NCBI RefSeq assembly: GCF_004010195.1
Contig: NC_057756.1
Location: 4,123,603 to 4,187,602, forward strand
Source of the DNA: Chiloscyllium plagiosum
Lineage: Eukaryota
Reading direction: 5' to 3'
DNA: 64,000 bases
Position 1 is the stretch's first letter; each line of letters opens with the position of its first letter. This document shows, in pieces, positions 13,872 to 27,409 of this stretch. The position numbers and the translations under genes are program-made. Under the pieces are notes generated by a model. That model saw only the letters and a program-made list of their open reading frames with translations. It searched no databases and was not told where the DNA came from.

Positions 13872-13990
13872 GGAATCTGAAGAAGGGCTTATGCCTGAAA
13901 CGTCGATTCTCCTGTTCCTTGGATGCTGCGCTTTTGCAGCAACACATTTTCAGCTCTGATCTCCAGCATCTGCGGTCCTCATTTTCATTA
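13872..13990 (+). mobile_element. short Penelope-derived terminal repeat with hammerhead-like core
   Basis: ctgaagaagggcttatgcctgaaacgtcgattctcctg..., same family as 38158-38279, 46317-46422 and 50830. Confidence 0.75.
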
Positions 13991-13994
13991 CGTA

Positions 13995-16660
13995 CATAAT
14001 CCAACTGGGGAAGGGGCCTCATAGGAAAGAGTCACACTGAACATGGGAAATGAGCCCAGCGAGGTGGTTGAAGTTTCAGACGGGGTTATTTTGGGAATAG
14101 TGATGACAATTCCATATGTTTTAGAATACACATGGACAATAACACGTGTAGTTGTGAAGGAAGCGTGCTAACTTGGGGGAAGGCCAACGGTAACACCATC
14201 TGGCAGAAGCTGGAAAATGTCAATTGGGAGCAGCTGTTTGAAGGGAAATCCATATTCTATATTTGGGAGGCTTTCAAAGAAAGGTTGATTTGAGTTCAGG
14301 AGAATTTTGGTGCTGTGAAAATGAGGAATAGAAATTGCAAGATTAGGAAGTTTAGATTAGATTACTTACAGTATGGAAACAGGCCCATCAGCCCAACAAG
14401 TCCACACCGCCCCGCCGAAGCACAACCCACCCATACCCCTACATTTACCCCTTACCTAACACGACGGGCAATTTAGCATGGCCAATTCACCTTACCTGCA
14501 CATCTTTTGGACTGTGGGAAGAAACCGGAGCACCCGGAGGAAACACACGCAGACACGGGGAGAACGTGAAAACTCCACACAGTCAGTCGCCTGAGGCGGG
14601 AATTCAACCCGGGTCTCTGGCGCTGTGAGGCAGCAGTGCTAACCACTGTGCCACTGTGCCGCCCGCACTGAACATGGGAAATGATGGATGGCAGGTGAAA
14701 TTGTGAGGCTAGCGAAGAGGACAAAGGATGCAGACATAAGTCGGGGTGAATGAAGACAGATGAAGCTTTGGAAGAATATTGGGAATGTGGGACCAATCTC
14801 AAACGAGGAATTAACAGGGGTAAATGTGGTTAGGAGATATCCTTCACGAGCAGGGTTAAGTAAAACCTCAAAGTCTTTTTATTTTAATATAAGATGCAAG
14901 GCGGTAAATAGGTAAATGATTGGTTACTCAAGGAGAAAGGAGTAATGATTTGCCTGGTATCAGAGAAAATGGATGAGTACTTTGCAAACGTATTCATGGA
15001 GGATAGGGACATAGCAGACGGTGAAGTTAGGTGTAGATCTTTGGTTACTTGAGGTTAGTCGGCATAAGGAGGGAGGAGGTTTGAGTATTCTAAAAGTCAC
15101 CAAGGTGGACAAGTCCCAAGGTTCGGATGGGATCCATCGCAGGTGGCTGAGGAAAGCGAGAGATAAAATAGCTGGGAATTTACCAAACAGCTTTGCAGCA
15201 TTCTTGAACACGCGGGAGGTCCAAGAGGACTGGAAATGTGCTATTGTTGTCTGCTTGTTTAAGAAGGATAGCAGGAATAATCCACGCAAATAAAGACCAG
15301 TGAGCCTTATGTTAGTGGGAGAGAAGCTACTGGAGATGATACGGAGGGATAGTATATATACCCATTTGGAAGAAAATTGGCTTATCTGTGATTCGCAACA
15401 TGGGTAATATCACGATATACATAAGTGTTAAAATTCGTTAACGTGGTGACAAAGTTGATTGATGAGGGAGGGATGGAGACGTCATGTACATGGACTTTAT
15501 ACGGTTATTTCAAAGGTTTCCCTTTGGTAGGTTGATGAAAATGGTGAAGTCGCATGGGGTCCAGGGTGGTCTACCTAGGTCAATAGAGATGTGGTTGGAC
15601 AATAGAAGACAGTCAGTAGTTTGGAAGTGAGCTTTTCCAAATGGACCCCTGGGACCAGTGGTGTGCCACAGGGTTCCATGCTTTGACAGCTGTTGTTTGT
15701 GATATACTTAAATTATTTGGAGGAAGGTGTAGTTTGCCTCATTAGCAGATAACATTAAGATTGGTAGAGTAGCAGATAGTGAAGGGGATTGTCAGAGAAT
15801 ATAGCTGAGTATAGATAGATTGGAGATTTGGCCAAAGAAATTGCAAATGGAGATCAAACTGGATAAATGTGAGGTGGTGCGTTTGGAAGGTCCAATTCAA
15901 GAGCGAAGTATACGTAAATGGAAATATCGAAAGGAAAATTGGTGAACAGAATGATCTGGATATTGAGGTACATTGTTCCGTGAAGGTGGCAAGCATGTTA
16001 GTAGAGTGGTCAGGAAGGCTGACAAGCATGCTTTCCTTCGTTGGAAGGGATATTGAGTACAAGAGTTGGCAGGTTATGATACAATTGTAAAAGACTTTTG
16101 TTCGGCCACTTTGGCCATTTGGAATACTGTGTACAGTTCTGATCGCCACATCACCAAATTTAAGTGGATGTTTTGGAGAGGTTTCAGAGGACGTACATCA
16201 GGATTTTGCCTGGTATGGAGGGAACGAGCTATGAGGAGAGGTTGAGTGAATTAGGGTTATTTTCATTGAGAAGGAGCTTGAGACGGGACCTGCTTGATGT
16301 ATACAAAATCATAAGAAATTAAGACAGAGTTGATAGCAAGAAACGTTTTTCTTCCCCAGAGTGAAGGACTCACTTACTAAGGACTACGAGTTCAAAGTGA
16401 GAAGGGAAAAGTTTAGGGGAGATATGCGTGGTAAGTTCTTCATGCAGAGGGTGGTGAGTGTCTGGAATACGTTGTCAGCAAAGGTGGCAGTGGCGGGAAT
16501 GATAGCATCGTTTAAGATACGTGTAGACAGATTCATGAATGGGCAGGGAGCAAAGGGATACAGATTCTCAGAAAATAGACGACAGGTTAAGATAAAGGAT
16601 GTGGTTCAGCGCAAATTTGGAGTGCTGAATGGCCTGTTCCTGTGCTGTAATGTTCTTTGT
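13995..16660 (+). mobile_element. degenerate CR1 LINE ORF2 (EN end, RT, 3' end)
   Basis: KVDKSQGSDGIH, EDWKCAIVVCLFKK, SGVPQGS and FFMQRVVSVWN motifs; interrupted by a SINE at 14351-14665. Confidence 0.9.
14351..14665 (-). mobile_element. HE1-like SINE, well preserved
   Basis: reverse complement starts gggcggcacagtggcacagtggttagcactgc; B box ggttgaattcc; (ttaga) tail repeats at 14351. Confidence 0.9.
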
Positions 16661-16689
16661 TTTAGGCGTGGCTAAAAAAAGAAAACTGG

Positions 16690-16959
16690 TTTAGATTACA
16701 TATTGTGTGGACACAGGCTATTCGGCCAAACAAATCTGCATGGAACCTCCAAAGAGTAGCCCACCCATACCCATTGTCCGACTAATGCACCTAACACTCT
16801 ACACGCAATTTTCTTGACCTGCATACATTTGGACTGTTGGAGGAAGCCCAATCAGACATAGACAGAATGTGCAAACTCCACACAGAGAGTTACCCATGGC
16901 TGGAGCTGAACGTGAGCTGTAAGGTAATAGTGCTAACCACTGAGCCTCCGTGCTGCCCT
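16690..16959 (-). mobile_element. HE1-like SINE, degenerate
   Basis: gcaaactccacacag and gtgctaaccactgagcc blocks shared with other copies. Confidence 0.75.
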
Positions 16960-17199
16960 AAAGTGGAGGGAGATCTTAAGACATTTAGATCACGAGGATT
17001 TTTCTGTGGACAGGAGGGATGCTCAAGAAAGAAAGTATGTAGTTAAACCGAAGGGCCACGAGCAGGTGGTTGGAAGGTTTAAAATAAAGTGGCTGGGATG
17101 TGCGAATGGAGCAGCAGTTGAGAACGTTTCCTGGTTGAGGAGAAATTCACATTAAGTTAAATAATTTCTATAGGAAGAACAGATGGTGAATGAACAGTA

Positions 17200-18180
17200 G
17201 AGCGTTTAAGTGTACTTACAAGGAATATAGCTGGTAACACAGAAGAGCTTAGAGCGGCATTAGCACATGCAAATACGATGTACTACCCATAAAAAAAAGC
17301 TTTGCTGAATGAATTGTTCCAGTTTTTGTCTGTTTCAAACCAGGTAGAAACGGATATACCAAGAGTGTGGGAGCTGCATAAATGATGAAAGAGAATTTCA
17401 CAGCTGTACTAAGATAGTACATCTTGGTGGACTACTTTTGTAAGGTCACAGGAGCAGAACTTGTTTTTAAAGTGTAATCACTGTTGGGGTAAGCTAAATG
17501 TGTTCCAAAAATTAGTGGAAGATAGAGGAATCATTATATAAGCGGATCGTGAAAGAATGTAAAAGCATAACTGTTTTAGAAGTGGGAGCTTTTAAGTTCC
17601 ACAACAAGGGATTATTTTCAACAGAATTTGTCAGGCGCATCTAAGTCAGTTCTTGAAAAAAAAAATGTCAATAACCCAAAAACGGAAGAGATTTTCCAGA
17701 CCTGCGACTGGGAAGCGTTTGACCAGTTGATTGAACTTAAACTGGGATCACATTTGGGAATATTGGTCATAAGTCTGTATATTTTAACAAAGTATGGACA
17801 AGGGTTATACTTCTCTGGTGAGAGTTTTAAATCTTGCCAAGGCAATTTATAACAGTAATAGAGAGAAACTGGAGAAATTATGTTGTGACCTGCTTTTCGA
17901 AGGTAAATCCATATCTGAGATTTGGGTGTCATTTTAAGGCAAATCGATCAGACTTCAGGATGAACATGTTGCTGGAAGGATGAGAAGTAAGAAAGTGAAG
18001 ATTACAGAAAATTGAATGACAACAGGTTTTTGAAGTTTCGTCAAAAGGGCAACAGGAAGCACTTGCAACTTCAGCGAACTAAAATCAAGCACATGTGTTA
18101 AAGAATACAAAGGAAGCAAGAGAGATATAAGCAGGAGATTAGGAGATTCAGAAGTGGACACGAAATGCCCTTTTCACATA
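17200..18180 (+). mobile_element. highly degenerate CR1 endonuclease-region fragment
   Basis: remnants resembling the CR1 EN start and the VGDFNFP motif (gtgggagcttttaagttcc). Confidence 0.45.
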
Positions 18181-18282
18181 GGATTCAGGGTGAGGTTTGT
18201 GAAACTAAAATCAAGGTAGACGCTTGAGGAAGGAAAGAAAGCGGAAAAGAAACGAAAGAAAAGAGGAAAACATCCACGTAAT

Positions 18283-18620
18283 TTAGGAGAAAGTGAAGAC
18301 TGCTGGTTCTGCAGATCAGAGTCAAAAAGTGCCATTCTGGAAAATCACAGTCGGTTAGGCAGCGTTGGAAGAGCAGGAGAGACGAAGTTTTGAGCTTAAC
18401 CTCTTCAGCAAGAATGTAGGGGAGGCCCAAGCGTGCTGACAGATAAATGGGAGCGGAGTAGGGCTGTTGAGAGATTACCTGGAAATGTGATAGGTAGATG
18501 GAGGTGCTGTGTGCGTGATGGTGATAGGTCGGAACGAATGGTGGAGCAGATAAGTGGGAAAGAAGATGTGCAGCTACAACAGATCAAGAGGGTGGTGCCA
18601 AATTGAAGCATTAGATGTAA
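18283..18620 (-). mobile_element. Penelope-like 3'/terminal repeat fragment
   Basis: reverse complement matches 29800-29930 and 31455-31650. Confidence 0.7.
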
Positions 18621-19789
18621 GTATCAGCATTTGGAGTTGAGACAGCTGTCCTGAGATTTCAAAGTTTCTTTCCCTCTTCTAATATTCTACATTAACTATT
18701 TGTTCATCTGAGAATGGATAAAGTGGAGGCCATAGTATATAAGTGTATTTGTTAATGAATATTCTAATGGGATATATCTGCTTCTTGTGGTCTGCTTACT
18801 TTAAGTGTGAAAATGTCTTTTTAATAATAAAACTATTTGATAGGTACGAAAATACAGGAACTGATAAGAGACTTTCAACTGTGCTGTAAACTAAGTGCAG
18901 TTATGCACAGACACTCAAAACTCGTGAGAACAAAATTTGCAGGAAATCACCAACGTCTGTCTCTGCCAAATAAAATTAAATATTCAGGATTCCTTCCGTG
19001 TACAGATAATTTCAAGTAAGACACATACTTGGCATAAAGATCTGTGTTTTAAAAAGAAAATCTGGGGTAAATGTTGATTTTCCAGCAGAACTGTGAAGAC
19101 TAATGACTGCGAAGCAAGTACTATGTTAGGAACCGTGTTGAAGATGGCGAGGGCAGATCCAGACTGGCTAGCAGCCAACTCTCTCGAAAAATGACGTTTG
19201 GTGCGAGTTTTCAACTCACAATAGTAAAGGAAAATGGTTGTGATATCTCAAACATGTGTTCTATGCATTTCGGTGTTTAATAAATGAATTGAATTTTCTT
19301 GAGCTACCATTGAATCCGGACTACCCTTATCCTGTCTATATTGTTGCCTCATCGAAACGGGCAACAGATCTTCCCGTTCCTCCGTGGGTGTCACTAACAT
19401 GGACGCACATGCTTTAGGTGGACAAAAGCATTGGAAAAAAAAGCAGCAGTTGCATTTCCAATTAGTTGAGTATCAGAGCAGTAGTCAGAGATGAAATAAC
19501 AGAAGCATCATTCAGTGAGGCTTTGTGGGTGTAGAGAATAAATGTGAATGAAATGGTGACGTCATTGGCATTGGGGTCTTGGCCCCAAATAGTCAAAGGG
19601 AATCAGAGGAATAAACAGGTGGGGAGATTGTGCAGACTAGCAGGAGCATTCGGGCTGTCACACTGGGAATGTAAATTTTTCCAACATAGACTGCCACTGT
19701 CATAATTTTAGGGGCTTAGATAGTTTGGAATTTCTTAAAATGTTCAGGAAAGTTTCGACAAGAAACACAAAAAATGGAGAGGCAAAACC

Positions 19790-21482
19790 TGTAGCACTCG
19801 TTCCCACAACTAGACTCGTACCCACCACTAGAAAACCAAGACATATCCTTTTTGAAAATACTTCAGAAATCATGAGATATGAACAAGGCAGACTTCCAAA
19901 AAAATGAAACTAAATGGATACAATACACCGTGCTTCCACGGATTATCGACAGTACACAAAACAGGACGCACTCCCAGACCAACAGTCTCACTACCTGGAA
20001 CACCAACGTACAGAGTAGCCAAGGAACTCCACGGAAAGCTAAAACACCTCGAAGACGACTCACGCCACTCCATTCACTCCAACCAAGAATTACTGAGCAC
20101 CATCAAAGACACCATTATAGGATAGGATGAAATAATGGTCTGCTTTGACGTGAGAGTCCTGTTCATATCAATTAACATTCACCTGGCTAAACGAACGCTG
20201 AGTGCACTAATAGAAGAACTAAGGACACAAACACCAGCCAGCGCCAATTCTATCAGCAAAGTTAACACTGTCAAGGTAGCAGAGCTGTGCCTCACCACCT
20301 ACTTCACGTTCATAAACAAGACCGACAAAAAAATCAATGGAACTCAGCTGGGATGACGAATATCAGGGTATTTTGCATAAGTAATAATGCAGGGACAAGT
20401 AGCCCGACTAACAATACAAGTTAACTTTGGGTCCGCGACATGCATGACACCTTTATAATCAAAAAGCAGAACAAATTATAGGAAACCTGCAACAGCATCA
20501 AGAATATCTTGACTGGCATGAAATTGACAAAGCAGGTGGAGAAAGACCATAGGTTTCCATTCCTACATGTGACAGTAGAACGAAGAGTTAATGCAAATCT
20601 TCAAACTAGCATCTACAGGAAGAAAGAACACAAACCAAACAAATACCTAACTATATAAGCAATCATCCCAACACCTATAAATGGAGCTGCATCAGGACAT
20701 TGTTTGAACGATTCACAACACACCGTATCACCCAAAAACTACGTATAGCAGCAGAAAAATACCTATACAGCGTATTCAAGAACAATGATTATCCAGTAAA
20801 CACCGTCCAACAATTCCTCATCAACAAACCCAAACAAGCTGACACAAAGCGCCCAGAAACGCTAGCGACATTACTTTACATCAAATTCATCTCTGAAATG
20901 ACTTCCAGATTACTCAGACCACATGGCATTTAATAGATCTCAGTGCTACCAACACACGGAAACAGCGACTAATGAACCTAATGAATGTCAAAAACAACCA
21001 ACAAAGCGCAAATCATGTCCAAAATAACATGCAAATCTGTATCAAGCGGTACATCGGAAAAACAGGCAGGACAACCGCCATCAGGATAGATGCACGCCAA
21101 CTAGCCAACAGAAGACATGAATCACTGTCACTAGTATTCTTACATACAGACGAAGAAGGACAATACTTTGACATCCAACCAAGGACGTGCTAAACAAGGA
21201 CATGCTCGAGAATTCCGAGAGGCGTGGCATTCCAAACGGAACTCCATCAATAAAGACATTTATTTGAAGCCCATCTACCACCCTCTAAGGAAACAAACCG
21301 GAAATAACATCACCAAACTTAGGAAACCAAGATGTATAAATAGAAGCAGGGCATAGCACCAGCACTTCACCGGAAGGTCAGTGATGATGTTACCTAGTAT
21401 GATGACGAAACATGTTGAAACGAACCTTCATGCTCAGCAAACAAACTTGCATTCAGAACCTCAATCGGAGCTATAAATCTCA
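19790..21482 (+). mobile_element. Penelope-like element (Poseidon-like), RT plus GIY-YIG, degenerate
   Basis: TPTYRVAKEL, MVCFDVRVLFISI and YIGKTGR motifs; 3' end has a degenerate hammerhead-like gtgatgatgttacc...gacgaaac (~21381-21411). Confidence 0.85.
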
Positions 21483-21747
21483 GCAGTCCCTAACACTTGA
21501 CATGATCTTGGGAAATACGGCAGGATTGGTGACTGAGGTAACAGTGTTAAAGTACATTGGGAGCAAAGACCATAGACCATGGTTTCGAAATAGTTATACA
21601 GGTGAATAAGACTGTTCCGTCATTTCAAGTTCTAAAATAGGGAAAGACGAACCTTGATGGAATTAGGCATGAGCTTACACGCTTTGACTGGAATAGTTTG
21701 TTTGCAGGAAAAGGGACTGCAAGCAAGAGGAAGGTCTTTAAGAGTGA

Positions 21748-21978
21748 ACAAAATTAAAAATCACACAACACCAGGTTATAGTCCAACAGGTTTAATTGGA
21801 AGCACACCAGCTTTCTGAGCGACGCTCCTTCATCGGGTGATTGCCACAATCACCTGATGAAGGAGCGTCGCTCCGAAAGCTAGCGTGCTACCAATTAAAC
21901 CTGTTGGACTATAACCTGGTGTTGTGTGATTTTTAACTTTGTACACCCCAGTCCAACACCGGCATCTCCGAATCATGA
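21748..21978. mobile_element. palindromic short element with inverted hammerhead-like cores, probably Penelope-derived
   Basis: arms of about 100 bp centred on 21845; CTGATGAaGGAGCgtcGCTCCGAAAgcta at 21854-21882; flanked by tctttaagagtga and tcttgaaaagtga. Confidence 0.8.
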
Positions 21979-24239
21979 TCTTGAAAAGTGAGATAGCTAA
22001 AGTTCAAGGTTTTTGTTTTCCTGTAAGGGTGAATGACATGGTTGGCAGGAAGAGAGAATCATCAATGGCACGTGTTATTGATGCTTTGACCAGAAAAAGA
22101 AAGGAGGCATAGTTCTGCCGCAGGCAACAGGGATCAAGGGAATCCTTGAATGTGTATCGGCAATATAACATAAGGAAATCAGGAGGGCGAAAAGTTGGAA
22201 CGATATACGCTAGGCTGTGAAAATTAAGGTGAAACCAAAGAGGCTGTCTCAGTATATTAAAGGAAAAATAATAACCGGAGAGAGAATAGGACGATAGTGG
22301 TCATGTATGTGTGGAATCGAAAGGGATGATATTTTTACAAAGAAGAAATACATTAGACTTGCGAACTTGGGCAATTCATGGTGATATTTTGGGGACAGCC
22401 TGTATCACAGTAGCAAGAGGTGTTGGACATATTAGTATATATGTATGTTGATAAATCTCCTGGTCCTGACCCGATATACTCAAGAGTACTGAAAGAGACG
22501 AAACAAGAATTTGCGGTGGTGCTGGCTGATACTTTTGCATCATCGTTAGCCACGGTGAGATCCCCGAATATCAGAGGGTATTGAAAGTTGTGCCTTTATT
22601 CAAAATGGGCTGCAAAGTATAACAATTTCCGCCACAAACAGTGACCTGCTACGGGTAAGTTAGTTCAGAATATTTTGAGATACAAGTATTTGGAAAGATA
22701 GGGTTTAGTGAGGTGAATTCAGAATAGCTTCGTGCGTGGCAGATTACACCTCACAAATGTCTGTGATGAAGTGTGCAGAATGATTGGTGAGGACAGGGCA
22801 GTCGGTATGGATGTCACTAAGGCCTTTGGTAGGCTATTCTGTAAGCTTGCATCACATGGAATCGAGGTGAAGCTGACAAATTGACTTGATGGTTGGAAGC
22901 ATAGAATAATGATGGAAGGATGCTAGTCGGACTAGAGTCATGTGACTACTGGAGTGCCTCAGGGGCGGTCAAGATCCCATTGCTGGTTGTTATCAATATC
23001 AATGACTTTAATGAGAATGTACAAGGCATTGCGCATAAGTTTGCAAATGGCGCATAAATCAGCGATATCTTGGGCTCTGAGGAAGGTACAATTGCAAAAA
23101 TTGCAAAAGGATCTTGATCAGCTGAGGAGGTAGACTGAGAAATGAAAATAGAGTTTCATATAGGCATGTGTGAGGGCTTGCATTCTGGAAAGTCAAATCA
23201 AGATAGGGGTTTCATGTAGTATGGTAGTGATTTAAGAAGTGTCACTTAACAGACAGAAATTGAAATTCAGGTGCACGCTTCTCTGAAAGTGGAGTCACAA
23301 GCAGTCAGGGCAGTGAAAATGACATTTGGCACACTGGCTTTCATCAGTCAGTGCATTTACGATAGAATTTGGAAGTTATGTTGGAGTTCTAAAGGACGTT
23401 GGTAAGGTCGCACTTACATTATCGATTTCAGTTATGGACAACTTGCAATAGGAAGAATGGTCTTAAAGTAGAATTCGTGCAAATAAGGTTATCAGTGTTT
23501 TGCAGGAATCCATGGTCTGAATTCTTGGGAAGGGTTGGAAAAGCTAAGGGATATTTTACAGCATAGCGGACTAAAGGGGATATTACAGAATTCTAGGGTG
23601 AATGCATTCAAGGTTGGGGTATGGAGAGTGAGAAAACATCAGTTTAAGGTTAGAGAAGAAAGAATAAAAGGGAACCGGAATAGCAATTGTTTTGCACAGC
23701 TGGTCCTTCAGCCAGAGGATTAGTTGACTGTGGAACCTGTTATGGAGGTTACATTAAACGCATTTCAAAGGCATTTGGACAAATACACGGATAGGAAACG
23801 TTTAGAAGGATGTGGGCTACGTGCAGGAAGATGGAGTTAGCACGGGTGGATATTTTGGTCAGCATGGACCAGTTGGGTCGAATGACCTGCCTCCATGTTA
23901 TGGGACTTTATGAATCTGACTATTGAATGAAACTTATATTTGATCATTGAATATTGCAAGAATCACTGTTCTGGTGTTGGTCTCAGGTTGCAGGTTCAAT
24001 CAAAAAAGCACGTACGTTCGGAGACGGTGGTGGAGGCGTTTCAATATTTTGAGGAGGCACACTAAATGTCTATTTTATAAGTTTTTGAATATTTAACATA
24101 ATTTAAAGTAATTTTACTTTGCTTTGCATCGCTTGTTTTAAAATCACTCACGTTAAAATGTTATCTCCAACTTTTCTTTTGTAGAGCGTTATGAAAAAGC
24201 TTTACATTTCTCAATTCTATCCCATTACTTGCTGTTCAG

Positions 24240-24275
24240 AAATACGCAACTTAAATGAAGCACTGAGGAATTCCG
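24240..24275 (+). CDS. 36-nt phase-1 microexon 3 (EIRNLNEALRNS)
   Basis: ttacttgctgttcag|AAATACGC...GGAATTCCG|gtacgt; same length and hydrophobic pattern as exon 7. Confidence 0.8.
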
Positions 24276-25172
24276 GTACGTATAATTAACAAGTTCAAAA
24301 ATTTTAACACCAGAACTGGATAAAATGCATTTCGGACAATTTAGCATAAATTCGATTGAGAAATTACCATTGACATTTGGAAAGTCTGCAAATAGTATTG
24401 ATATATTCATTCATTTTAAGCTAATTTGATTCAACATTCAGTTTAAGGCCATGAAAAGAAGAAGGAGCTGAGATGCAAAAGTATATAACATTAGTTCCTT
24501 CAAAAACAAAATTCCTGCCTGTAAATGCTACCATTAAAAAAGAAGTACGTGTTATATACAAAAACATGCAAACACTGAAACTGAAAATAAAATCGTGAAC
24601 TGACAGCGGCAAAACAGAATATTGGAAACGTCATCAGATTATTAATATCAACAAATATTTTACATTTCGTAATGCAAGCTGACCTCACACCAAATTAATG
24701 AGACTTTGTCATGGTGAAGAGCACGTTCAGGTAGACGCTGACAAGAAAGTTACTTTCATACGAAGCTAATTTTGAAAAAAAAAGTTCATACTTTGAATAC
24801 TTGAGCACTCACATAAAATTGAAATTTGAAACAGACTCTTTCACATAGGAAAATAATTAACAGAATTCGCTTCACTCGTATTTGCAGAAGGCAAATATAC
24901 AGCTGATATCGAAAGATGAGATTTCCTGACATTATGAATATGAAGGGACGATGAGAGCTGCGTGAATTCATTAGTGATCAAATTGAATAGATTAGCAATG
25001 TTGACGGATTTCATCGGCATTCCTCCTCATTTTCTTTGTGTTCTTATGTACTGACATCAACATAGAGGGGACAAGTGTGGGGAAAAGATAGCTGCTTCAT
25101 CAAGCATAATGGTCTAAATAGCCATTTGCACATTCTCTGAAATAAAGATTTAAATATTATAATGTTTAATAG

Positions 25173-25199
25173 AGCAAAAGCTGCATCAATACAAGGAAG
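25173..25199 (+). CDS. 27-nt phase-1 microexon 4 (EQKLHQYKE)
   Basis: aatgtttaatag|AGCAAAAGCTGCATCAATACAAGGAAG|gtaaga; strong donor. Confidence 0.8.
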
Positions 25200-25794
25200 G
25201 TAAGAAAAAACAGCATTCAGACAGGTCTGTCCAATATTAAAGAGGCATTTTATGATTCATAGGCACTTTTTGGTAAAAGTCCAAAGAACATTCACAACCA
25301 TTTTTAGGGTAATCGTTCATGCCTCCACTGATATTCAGTAATGCCAACAATTTTGATGATAAGCCTCTGTATTTCTTTTTTTCTGAATCTGCGATATTCC
25401 ATTTATGCAGAAATCTGATTTCTCACTCTTGACAATTTTCACCAGTTAAACCCATTTTTCCATTTTGAAGCAAAGAATTTCAAAATGTCATAAAATTCAA
25501 GGGGGAATAATGCCCCTGAAATCTACATGACTTGCATGATCTTGTAAAAGTAATCTATTCCAAGTACGGTGGAAACCTTCTCCAATACCCTTACAACGTT
25601 TTGGAAAGCTTTTTTCTCCGAATGCTCTTGTTCTTAGCTGATACAATCTCACTACCACTCATAAGTTACAATTTTCAAGAAATGAATTCTAAATAGTTTT
25701 ATCTGCCTTTTTAGTGCATACATCTTGATCATTTACTTTCTAACAATTCAGTGCATTTATTCCTCTCTCTCTGTCTGTCTCTCTCTCTTCACAG

Positions 25795-25821
25795 AACTAA
25801 ATGAGTGCTCAAAAAGTGATG
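25795..25821 (+). CDS. 27-nt phase-1 microexon 5 (ELNECSKSD)
   Basis: long CT tract ...ctctctcttcacag|AACTAAATGAGTGCTCAAAAAGTGATG|gtgagt; near-consensus sites. Confidence 0.85.
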
Positions 25822-26810
25822 GTGAGTAAAACACAGAAACTCTGTCAGAGTTGAGTATTCAGCGCCCGTGTATTTCACATGCCAATATTATAACTGTGTT
25901 AATCACATTACAACCATTGTTGATTGGAAATTCAAACATTCATTGGAGTTGCTCAATATACACAATGCAGAAAACGAAAAGATCTGCTAATGTAATTCCA
26001 CCTACGAGTAACTGCATATGTTTACCCATACACAGGTATTTAGGTATAATTTTGTGCACCCGTATATCCTAAGCACCATTTGTACAATTCGTCTGAGCCA
26101 ATAAGATATGTAGTGCGTGGACAACGAAAGAATAAAAAAAAAATTCCAAGAGAAAGCAATAAAGTAAGAAGAAATTGTTATCTACCAATGTGAAAACAGA
26201 CAGCATGATATTCTGCAGGTAGTTACATAAGGATAGATTAAGTAGATTGACTGGTGGTCTTCCAGAGTGCGTCTAAGGATATATTCGCAGATCACAAGGA
26301 AATAACAGAATAAATTATTTTTTCATGAGCTCTTCAATGCAAAGTACAATCGTTTAACAAATAGAGACTGTAATGACATTAAATGCAAGAATGTGTTGAA
26401 AGAGAAATTTAGACTGTTCATCGGAAAGTTTTCTGCAAATGGTTACATATTTATTTTATAACTCGTTAGAAGTTCCTTAGACATTCTGTGTTTATGATTA
26501 GCATTGGCTGCATGTCTTCATACCATTGATTCTGTACAAAGGCAGTACATAACTTCGGTGGCAGGAGTGTCACATTACACACAATTACTTCTGATGCACA
26601 ACTTCTACTTGTATAAATTAATATATGTGATGTAAACAGAAAAAGATTATCGTGTTGTGACTTATCAGGATTTTTTACGTAACCTGTATAATCACTGAAA
26701 AATTAGATATCTGATCATCTTCTCAAAGTATTAGTTTGGTGTGATGATCTTTCTTCAATTATTGCCAGAACTTATCAAATATTATGTGTTTTTGCACATG
26801 TGTACATCAG

Positions 26811-26837
26811 ATGAAAGACTGCAACAAGCAAAATCAG
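26811..26837 (+). CDS. 27-nt phase-1 microexon 6 (DERLQQAKS)
   Basis: tgtgtacatcag|ATGAAAGACTGCAACAAGCAAAATCAG|gtaaag. Confidence 0.8.
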
Positions 26838-27409
26838 GTAAAGAAAGAAAAATAAAATAGTTGCACACAAGTTTCAAAATTATTGTTATTGGAAAGAAAG
26901 CATTGCAACTGCATGTTTTGTTTGGGTAACACCTAACAAGACATTCGTCAGAATGTAAAAGTGTTTATATTCATGCTCTGCCACCCTCTCCTCTCAGGAC
27001 ACGGAATCCTATCAATCTGTTCATGAACTGTCATTTATCTGTACATCCTAAATTACACTTTAATTGAAAATTTTGTTGGAACAACTTGCATTCTTGAGTG
27101 TGAGGTAGGGGATCAGACCTACAGAGATATAGAGAAAGAGAAATTGTGGGAGACTCTGATTAGTATTCATACACTGCTCATGTAACTGCACAGAAGTGTG
27201 CGAATATATGCATAAAGGTCCAAAGACAGGCACAGGCACACTCACAGACACACAAACACACACACACAAACATTCACACATCTGTTTGTCTCTCACTGTA
27301 CGTTTCCCATATAGGTAATGCTAATTTATGCTGATACTATGCATTTTTATCATAAATAATTGTTGAGAGACAGGTCCGAGCAGTCTACTCTGAAAGAATA
27401 AAGTATTTT

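Larger units (their letters stand above)
19420..23915 (+). mobile_element. degenerate CR1 LINE interrupted by a Penelope element (19790-21482) and a palindromic insert (21748-21978)
   Basis: EN remnant on the left continues at LDMILGN (~21495); DKSPGPDPIY, TTGVPQG and a CR1 3' end near 23900. Confidence 0.8.

Noticed and set aside
14590..14665. tRNA gene
   Set aside because: The A/B-box-like sequence is the head of a multi-copy SINE, not a standalone tRNA.
19040..19066. 27-nt AG..GT segment (DLCFKKKIW)
   Set aside because: It has no polypyrimidine tract, the peptide does not fit the coiled coil, and exons 2-3 are already in register without it.
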